From Planctomycetota bacterium (GTDB lineage Bacteria > Planctomycetota > UBA1135 > UBA2386): a DNA stretch of 64,000 bases. Below the pieces are notes generated by a model that did no database searches, was not told where the DNA came from, and saw only the letters and a program-made list of their open reading frames with translations. The position numbers were made by a program, and so were the translations under genes. The stretch spans positions 3,355 to 67,354 of the forward strand of contig JBEGVB010000024.1 of the NCBI GenBank assembly GCA_041178545.1, written 5' to 3'. Shown piece by piece: positions 57,991 to 64,000 of this stretch; positions within the stretch are counted from its first letter, which is position 1; each line of letters opens with the position of its first letter.

Positions 57991-59684
57991 CGGCGTGCCA
58001 GCCATTCCTCGAACCGCGCCTTGCGGGGCGCGTCGTCGTTGTGGTCGAAGTAGAAGGCGCGGAAGGCAGCGTAGTCGCGCTCGACGTCGGCCCTCGGCCG
58101 CGTGTCGAGCTGGGCGAGGTAGGCGTCGAGCTCCTGCTCGAAGTCGACGCAGCGGATGTTCGGGTCGCGCCGGCGCAGCTCGGCCATGAGTTCACGGTCC
58201 CATGTCACCAGGCGTGCAGGGACCACCGGGAAGTCGAGCTGCCGGTACCGGTCCACCACCGTGCCGTCGGCATAGCTGAGCTCGAACATCACCTGGACCC
58301 CGCGCCTGCGCAGGTAGTCGTGGTAGCCGTGGTAGTTGCGCTCGTGCCCAACCATCCCGCGCTCGGGCACCGGCAGGTGTGCGATGTGCGCGTCGGTGAG
58401 CCCGGCAGCGCACTCGACGGCGACCGGGACCCGCGAACGGTATGCGAGGTTGGCGTGGCTGCCGGCGATGCCGATGCGCACGTCGAGTCCCTCGAAGACG
58501 CCGCGCAGGTAGTGCCCTGCGACGCGCAGCGCCTCGGTCATCGGCATGCCGGGAGCGAACTCCTTCACCGAGATCGCACGGTTGTCGCTGAAGCCGCGCG
58601 GGTTGGAGTAGTCGTCCAGCCAAGCCGGGTGGGTCCGCCACAGCATGCCCAACGCGATGCTGCACGCCACGAGGGCGCACTGCCGCAGGGTGCCGCGCGC
58701 GCAAGCCACGTCGAGGAACAGCAGCACGAGCGGCGTCACCGGCAGCAGGAAGCGCGCGAACATGAAGTCGCCGCCCACCCACACCACGAAGGCCACGTAC
58801 GGGACGACCAGTGCCCAGAGCACCGCCTGCGGGGAGTGCATCGCCTGCCCCCGCGCACCTTCCGGACCGCGCCGGAACCAGGCCATCGGTGCCGCGAGCA
58901 ACGGCACCGCGAGCACCCAGTAGGACTTGAGGTACTCCCATACGTACACCCAGCCCTGGCTCGGGTAAGGGTCGCCGCCGGACTTGGCGTAGAAGGTGTT
59001 GGGCACCCAGTAGCCGTAGTAGGAGTGGCGCCACAGCAGGTAGGGCACGAACACCAGTGCGAACGGCAGGCAGAAGCCGAGCACGTGCTTCCTGCACCCT
59101 GCGTGCACCGTGGCCCGCAGCGCGAACGCACCTGCCACGACGGCCACGATCGCACCGTCGGGCCGCGTCATGGCCGCCAACAGGCAGAGCCAGCCAGCCA
59201 GTGCATGGTCCCGTGCGTTGCGCGCGACCAGCAGCCGGTGCGCCACGAGCGTCACCAGCAGGGTGAAGAGCGCGGTCTCGAGGCCTGCGGGCGCCAGCGA
59301 GGCTGCATGGTGGTGCAAGGCGAACCCGATTGCGGCGAGCGGCAGTGCCGTGCCGAGCTGGCGCGCACACAGGCCGAGCACGAGCACCGTGGCCCCGTGG
59401 CACAGGGTGCCCAGCAGCGCGGCCCAGGCCTCGACCGCGTCGCCCGTGAAACCGAGTTGCATGCCGAGCGCGAGCAGCAGCGTCCACGTGAAGTTCGTGT
59501 ACCCCTCGACGGGACGCTCCGCGGGGTCGAGGTTGAACACGAGCCCGTGCCCCTCGACGAAGTGCTGCGCGTAGCGGTAGCTGATGTAGGCGTCGTCACA
59601 ACTCCACCGCAGCTGCCAGGCCCATGCCATGGCCACTGCGACGGCTGCCGCCACCACCACGAAGGACCACGCGCCGCGCTGCAT
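57987..59684 (-). CDS. GT-C membrane glycosyltransferase (arabinofuranosyltransferase-like), paralogue 1
   Basis: DDAYISYRYA, VEGYTNFTW, GLET, TRPDG, PNTFYAK, GGDFM.ARF, GLTD, GHE. Confidence 0.75.
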   Translation of the reverse strand: MQRGAWSFVVVAAAVAVAMAWAWQLRWSCDDAYISYRYAQHFVEGHGLVFNLDPAERPVEGYTNFTWTLLLALGMQLGFTGDAVEAWAALLGTLCHGATVLVLGLCARQLGTALPLAAIGFALHHHAASLAPAGLETALFTLLVTLVAHRLLVARNARDHALAGWLCLLAAMTRPDGAIVAVVAGAFALRATVHAGCRKHVLGFCLPFALVFVPYLLWRHSYYGYWVPNTFYAKSGGDPYPSQGWVYVWEYLKSYWVLAVPLLAAPMAWFRRGPEGARGQAMHSPQAVLWALVVPYVAFVVWVGGDFMFARFLLPVTPLVLLFLDVACARGTLRQCALVACSIALGMLWRTHPAWLDDYSNPRGFSDNRAISVKEFAPGMPMTEALRVAGHYLRGVFEGLDVRIGIAGSHANLAYRSRVPVAVECAAGLTDAHIAHLPVPERGMVGHERNYHGYHDYLRRRGVQVMFELSYADGTVVDRYRQLDFPVVPARLVTWDRELMAELRRRDPNIRCVDFEQELDAYLAQLDTRPRADVERDYAAFRAFYFDHNDDAPRKARFEEWLARR

Positions 59685-59743
59685 GAGCCCCGAAGGCTAC
59701 CCCGAGGCCCGCCCCGGCACAGCAGTCCGTTGGCAGCAGCCGT

Positions 59744-60475
59744 TCAGCCGACCTTCTGCGGGTTCTGCTGCGCGTCGGCCTGACGGGCACGCTCACGTGC
59801 CGCGGCCAGCACCGTGCGCAGGCGCACCGACCACTTCTCGATCGCCTCGTGGCAGGCAGACCAGATGTCGAAACCGGCGCGCAGGTTCTGTTCTGCGACA
59901 CGACGGTCGACCGCGGCGCCCAGCACCTCCTTGGTGCCGCCGTCGCGGATGACGATCTCGATGGTGATCTCGCCGGCGGTGACCGGGTCCATGCCCGCGA
60001 TGCGCTGGATCAGTCCCATGCCGCGCCCCACTGGCGTGGCGGAGGAGACCGCGTGCAGGACCGGGGTCGAGGCCGAGGCGTCCAGCAGGGTCATCTGGAT
60101 CATCAGCGTGTCCGCAGCCGGCGTGTCGACCATGGTCCAGTCCTGCGACAACTCCTTGTAGGCCATCGTCCACGCGTTCTCGGCGAACGACTGCATGTTC
60201 TTCTTCTGCGTCTCCGTGACCTCGGTCCCGCCCGCCACGCGCACGGGCTGGATGAGCACGTTCTGGTAGCGACGGATGTCCGCCTTCGGGTTGCGGTAGA
60301 CGTAGTACGCCTCGTTCTCGTTGCCGCGCTTCAGCAGCGAAGGGTCGATGGACAAGGAGTCCTTCATCTCGTCCAGCTCGAGCTTGCGCGCCTCGCGGCT
60401 CGTGGAGCAGCTCCCGAACGCGAGCAAGGGGACCAGCAGGGAACCGAGGAACAGCGCGCGGGTGCAGGTGTGCAT
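59744..60475 (-). CDS. DUF3313-like lipoprotein
   Basis: Lipoprotein-like leader (GSC); YRNP...Y..VLI.PV and E..I.D..T.EVL.A.VDRR motifs. Confidence 0.65.
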   Translation of the reverse strand: MHTCTRALFLGSLLVPLLAFGSCSTSREARKLELDEMKDSLSIDPSLLKRGNENEAYYVYRNPKADIRRYQNVLIQPVRVAGGTEVTETQKKNMQSFAENAWTMAYKELSQDWTMVDTPAADTLMIQMTLLDASASTPVLHAVSSATPVGRGMGLIQRIAGMDPVTAGEITIEIVIRDGGTKEVLGAAVDRRVAEQNLRAGFDIWSACHEAIEKWSVRLRTVLAAARERARQADAQQNPQKVG

Positions 60476-60623
60476 GCCGTGCGTGTAGGGGTTGACAGGG
60501 GCTGCTGTCCAGAGCCGGCACCCGATCACACGCCCGTCGAAGGGCTGGGGGTTGCATCTGGCGCATGCCACGGCGACCCTTGGGACCTGTCGCAGCAGGA
60601 CGACGCCCGGGAAAGGAGAGGAC

Positions 60624-61730
60624 ATGAACGGACCGAAGCACCCGCACGCCTCCAGAGGCCCTGCGTCCCGCAGGGCGGCATGGCGTGTTGTCGCCCTGGC
60701 TGCCGGGACGTGCGCAGCCCTGGCCCTGTGCGAGACCCTGCTACGGTGTCTCCTGCCGCAGCCGGCCTCGTGGCTCGCCATCTACGCAGCACACCCGAGG
60801 CTCGAGGCCTACGGCCTGGCCCCGAACCAGCATGCCCTCGTCGAGACGGGTGAGTGCCGCTGGGAGGTGCACACCGACTCGCGCGGACACCGCACCGGGG
60901 CAGCAACCTCCTCGGCCGACCCCGGGCTCCCCACCGTCCTCTGGCTCGGCGACTCGTTCACCTTCGGCTACTCGGTCTCCCACGCGGAGAGCTTCGTCGG
61001 CCGCATCGCAGGCCGCGACCGAGGCACGCGAATCCACGTGAACGCTGCAGTACCGGGACACGGCCCTCGCGAGTACGCAGACACCCTCGACGACCTGCTG
61101 CAGCAGGGGCTGGAGCCACAGGCCGTGATCGCGTGCACGTACGTGGGCAACGACTTGATGGACATGGTCTGGGACAAGCCGAACGTGGTGCGCAACGGGG
61201 TGGTGGGCGACCGCGGCGACCTGCGGTCCTTCGTCAAGCGGAACCTCCACACCTACCGGCTCGCGAGCCGAGCCTGGCAGGCGTGGGTGCCTGGCCCGAG
61301 CCGCCACCAAGGGCCACTGGGATCCGTGGCGGACCCGTCGGCATGGTCCACCGAGCCGCTTGCCTCGGCCAGCTTGGGGTACCGGGAGTCCTTTGCACGG
61401 ATGGCGTCAACGTGCGCCACACGGGGGATCCCCTTCCACGTGGTGGTCCTGCCACCGCGCCAGACCGTGGCCGCTGCGCGGGGAGAGTCGGCACCGGTGG
61501 ATTCGCAACGCTCGGACCCGAGGCTACCCGTCGCCAAGGTGCGCTCGCTGCTGGAGCAGACGGGGCTCGCCCCTGTCGACGTGACCGATGCCCTTGCCGC
61601 AGAACAGGTCGAACGGACCTACTTCCGCCACGACACCCACTTCACGCCAGCAGGTCACGCACTCGTGGCAGACGCACTGGTGGCGCGCCTCGCGTCCCTG
61701 GCGGAGGCAGCACCAGCGCCGCCGCGCTGA
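60624..61730 (+). CDS. SGNH/GDSL hydrolase (AlgX/AlgJ-like O-acetylation protein)
   Basis: AGGAG RBS; N-terminal TM; LGDSFTFG, N.AVPG, GND, DTHFT..GH. Confidence 0.8.
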   Translation: MNGPKHPHASRGPASRRAAWRVVALAAGTCAALALCETLLRCLLPQPASWLAIYAAHPRLEAYGLAPNQHALVETGECRWEVHTDSRGHRTGAATSSADPGLPTVLWLGDSFTFGYSVSHAESFVGRIAGRDRGTRIHVNAAVPGHGPREYADTLDDLLQQGLEPQAVIACTYVGNDLMDMVWDKPNVVRNGVVGDRGDLRSFVKRNLHTYRLASRAWQAWVPGPSRHQGPLGSVADPSAWSTEPLASASLGYRESFARMASTCATRGIPFHVVVLPPRQTVAAARGESAPVDSQRSDPRLPVAKVRSLLEQTGLAPVDVTDALAAEQVERTYFRHDTHFTPAGHALVADALVARLASLAEAAPAPPR

Positions 61731-61733
61731 GAC

Positions 61734-62159
61734 TCAGTGCCCCTCGGGCAACTCGGGGTTGTAGGTCACCCCTTCGAGCTGGAACGAGGCGCGGCCGTGC
61801 AGGTGCTCCTGCTTGAGCGCATCGTGGGCAGCGCGGAACGACGATGCCTTGCCGTCCGTGGGGTTGGCAGCGGTCGTGGCGATCTCCACCCACTCCTTGC
61901 CCTGCTCGACGCGCAGCACGAGCGAGGTGGGGACGAGCAACGGGGTCTTCTCGTCCTCCTTGGTGAAGATCAGCTCGACCTCGCCCACGCCGCGCTTGTG
62001 GATCACCTCCATGTGGCCTGCGCCCCCGGAGAGCTCGACCACGTGGCCGCCGTTGGGGCCGTGCTCGTGCTCGTGGGCATCAGCACCGGCAGGAGCGCCC
62101 TTGTTGCAGGCGGCGAGGAGGGACAACGACAACAGCGGGAGCAGGAACTTGTTCTTCAT
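61734..62159 (-). CDS. His-rich lipoprotein (putative metal binding)
   Basis: LLAAC lipobox; HEHEHGPNGGH...HMEV motif. Confidence 0.7.
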   Translation of the reverse strand: MKNKFLLPLLSLSLLAACNKGAPAGADAHEHEHGPNGGHVVELSGGAGHMEVIHKRGVGEVELIFTKEDEKTPLLVPTSLVLRVEQGKEWVEIATTAANPTDGKASSFRAAHDALKQEHLHGRASFQLEGVTYNPELPEGH

Positions 62160-62219
62160 GGATGGGGTCCTCGGACAGGAGACTAGGAGACTGGACGCGG
62201 GGGCCCAAGGTCGCTGGCC

Positions 62220-63503
62220 TCAGATCGGTCTCGCGCCCCGAGCCGCAGAGAGCTCTGCGGCCGTGCGCTCCTGCTGCTCCCACTGCCCGTAGAGGTGGCC
62301 TCGCGAGGCCAGGGTGTGCAGCTGCTTGCGCACCTCGGGGGCGAGCACGCCCGGTGGCATGCGGCGGAACGGCGTGCCGGGCAGCGGCAGGAAGGTGTGG
62401 CCGTGCACGCGCGCGCCCAGCGCGACAAGCCGGTCCATGAGTCCGAGCGTGGCCTGGACGTCCTCTGGCTCCTCGCCTGGCATGCCGAACAGGAAGTCGA
62501 CGTGCGGCACGAACCCGTGCTCGACGCAGAGTGCAGCAGCGCGCTCGACGGTCGCGCTGTCGTGGCCGCGCGCGCTCGCCGCGAGCATGCGATCGCTGCC
62601 CGACTGGCCGCCGAGGATGAGCGCACGGTTGGTGACGTACCGCTTGACCAGAGCGAGTGCCTGTGCCGTCACGTGCTCCGGACGGATCTCACTGGGGAAG
62701 GTGCCGAACCACAGCCGGCGTTGCGGACCGATGGCCTCGCGGCAGCGCGCCAGCAGCTGCTCGACGGCACCGAGGTCCGGGTCCGGGCCGTGCGCGCCGT
62801 AGCTGAGCGACGTGGGAGTGAGGAACCGGAAGTCGACGAAGCCGTGCTGCACAAGCCAGCTCACCCAGTGCAGCACGTTGTCGATGCTGCGGTGCCGGAA
62901 GTTTGCGCCCGCAAAGTAGGGCGTCTGGCAGAACCGGCACGCGTAAACGCAGCCGCGCGTGATCTCGATGGGCCCGAACCGGTCGTGCCGCGGCGCGAAC
63001 GGCGGCCATTCGTCCAGCACGATGCGGTCGGCCCTGCCGTTGCGCACCAGCGCGCCCTGCGCGTCGCGCGAGGCGGCACCGGGAACGGCACGCACGTCGG
63101 CGCCCTTGTCCCAGGCATGGACCAGGTCACAGACCAGCTGCTCGCCCTCGCCCACCGCCACGAGGTCGAAGCCAGCCTGCAGCGTCTGCAGCGGCTCGGC
63201 ACTCGCATGTACGCCGCCTGCCACGTGCAGCACGCGCGCGTCGTCGACCTGCGCACGGACCGCGGCCAGCTCGTCCCGCATCTGCGCGAAGTCGGGCGAG
63301 TAGAACGACCAGCCCACCAGCGGTCGCCGCCCGGCCGCCAGGGCATCGCGGACCGCCCCAACCACGGCCTCGGGCCCGCCTGCAAACACGACCGGCACGT
63401 CGCGCGTGCGCAGGTCGCTGTCCAACGCGCCCGTGAGCACGTGGAACGCGAACTTGCCGGTTCGCCGGTAGGCCCAGACCACCGTTGCAGGTGCCATGTG
63501 CAT
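62220..63503 (-). CDS. B12-binding domain / radical SAM protein (TIGR04013 / MJ_1487-like)
   Basis: VAGGVHAS..P, GFD...GEGE, PIEITRGCVYACRFCQTP (CxxxCxxC), GTFPSEIRPE, G.QSGS, F.PLPGTP. Confidence 0.85.
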   Translation of the reverse strand: MHMAPATVVWAYRRTGKFAFHVLTGALDSDLRTRDVPVVFAGGPEAVVGAVRDALAAGRRPLVGWSFYSPDFAQMRDELAAVRAQVDDARVLHVAGGVHASAEPLQTLQAGFDLVAVGEGEQLVCDLVHAWDKGADVRAVPGAASRDAQGALVRNGRADRIVLDEWPPFAPRHDRFGPIEITRGCVYACRFCQTPYFAGANFRHRSIDNVLHWVSWLVQHGFVDFRFLTPTSLSYGAHGPDPDLGAVEQLLARCREAIGPQRRLWFGTFPSEIRPEHVTAQALALVKRYVTNRALILGGQSGSDRMLAASARGHDSATVERAAALCVEHGFVPHVDFLFGMPGEEPEDVQATLGLMDRLVALGARVHGHTFLPLPGTPFRRMPPGVLAPEVRKQLHTLASRGHLYGQWEQQERTAAELSAARGARPI

Positions 63504-63570
63504 GAGGCTAGCAGCGCGTGCGCGACGAACCATGACCGTCGCCACAGCCGGTGCCGCTATCCTGCCGCCC

Positions 63571-64000
63571 ATGCACGCGCAGCCCCGTCGGCGCCCAGTG
63601 GTCCCCGCAGCCCTCCTCGCCCTCTCCGCGCTGGCCTCCTGCGCATCGCGACCGAGCTTCCACGAGGACCTCGCGTCCCTGCGGCAGCATCGCGAGACCC
63701 TCGTGCTCACTGCGCCCGACGGCAGTGGCAAGGTGGCCGTGGTGCCGGAGTTCCAGGGCCGGGTGATGACCTCCACCATTGGCGACGGCAACGGCATGTC
63801 GCACGGGTTCCTGAAGCACGATCGCATCGCCGCGCGCGACCTGCTCCCGGGGATGAACCCCTACGGCGGCGAGGACCGGTTCTGGCTCGGCCCCGAAGGC
63901 GGACCGTTCTCGCTCTTCTTCGCGCCGGGCAAGGAGCAGGTGATCGCGAACTGGCAGACACCTGCCCCCATCGACTCGGAGCCCTTTGCCCTCGCAGGCC
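63571..64000 (+). CDS. DUF6786-like lipoprotein, 3' end runs off the window
   Basis: Manual translation from ATG 63571: LASC lipobox, VAVVPEFQGRVMTST, GGEDRFWLGPEGG.FS.FF, W.TPAPID.EPF. Confidence 0.7.
   Translation, partial: MHAQPRRRPVVPAALLALSALASCASRPSFHEDLASLRQHRETLVLTAPDGSGKVAVVPEFQGRVMTSTIGDGNGMSHGFLKHDRIAARDLLPGMNPYGGEDRFWLGPEGGPFSLFFAPGKEQVIANWQTPAPIDSEPFALAG

Noticed and set aside
1-64000. CRISPR arrays, tRNA/rRNA genes, prophage or integrase
   Set aside because: No regularly spaced repeats, cloverleaf or rRNA signatures, or phage/integrase motifs were seen. Manual inspection could miss a short RNA.

Overview
A high-GC (about 70% by eye), densely coding bacterial chromosomal window. 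It is most consistent with an uncultured Planctomycetota lineage (inference from DUF1501/DUF1800, an RMSKS-type ValRS with insertions, and secreted proteins sharing a C-terminal 'GAPGC...IP..P.L.G..Q' domain). About 56 CDS are supported: housekeeping genes (rluD-like, kdsA, fabZ, RNase HII-like, valS, msrB, mutM, glyQ, glyS, fusA), signalling genes (REC-HD-GYP, H-NOX plus an H-NOBA hybrid kinase, a STAS-kinase fusion, a pseudo-receiver), cell-surface glycan enzymes and secreted proteins. No rRNA, tRNA, CRISPR array, integrase or transposase was seen. Most notable: (1) a THUMP-less, archaeal/eukaryotic-type Pus10 tRNA pseudouridine synthase in a bacterium; (2) a ~600-nt hairpin-dense intergenic region, including a ~165-nt rod, directly upstream of a solitary DGQHR protein; (3) a 457-bp MITE-like element with 23-bp terminal inverted repeats; (4) a shared C-terminal domain on three unrelated secreted proteins, a possible sorting signal; (5) a glyQS operon that looks betaproteobacterial; (6) a PTPS-III-type (ExxHGH) QueD homologue. 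All family calls come from motif recognition by eye; no database searches were run. Start codons were trimmed from the ORF track where a better start was visible.
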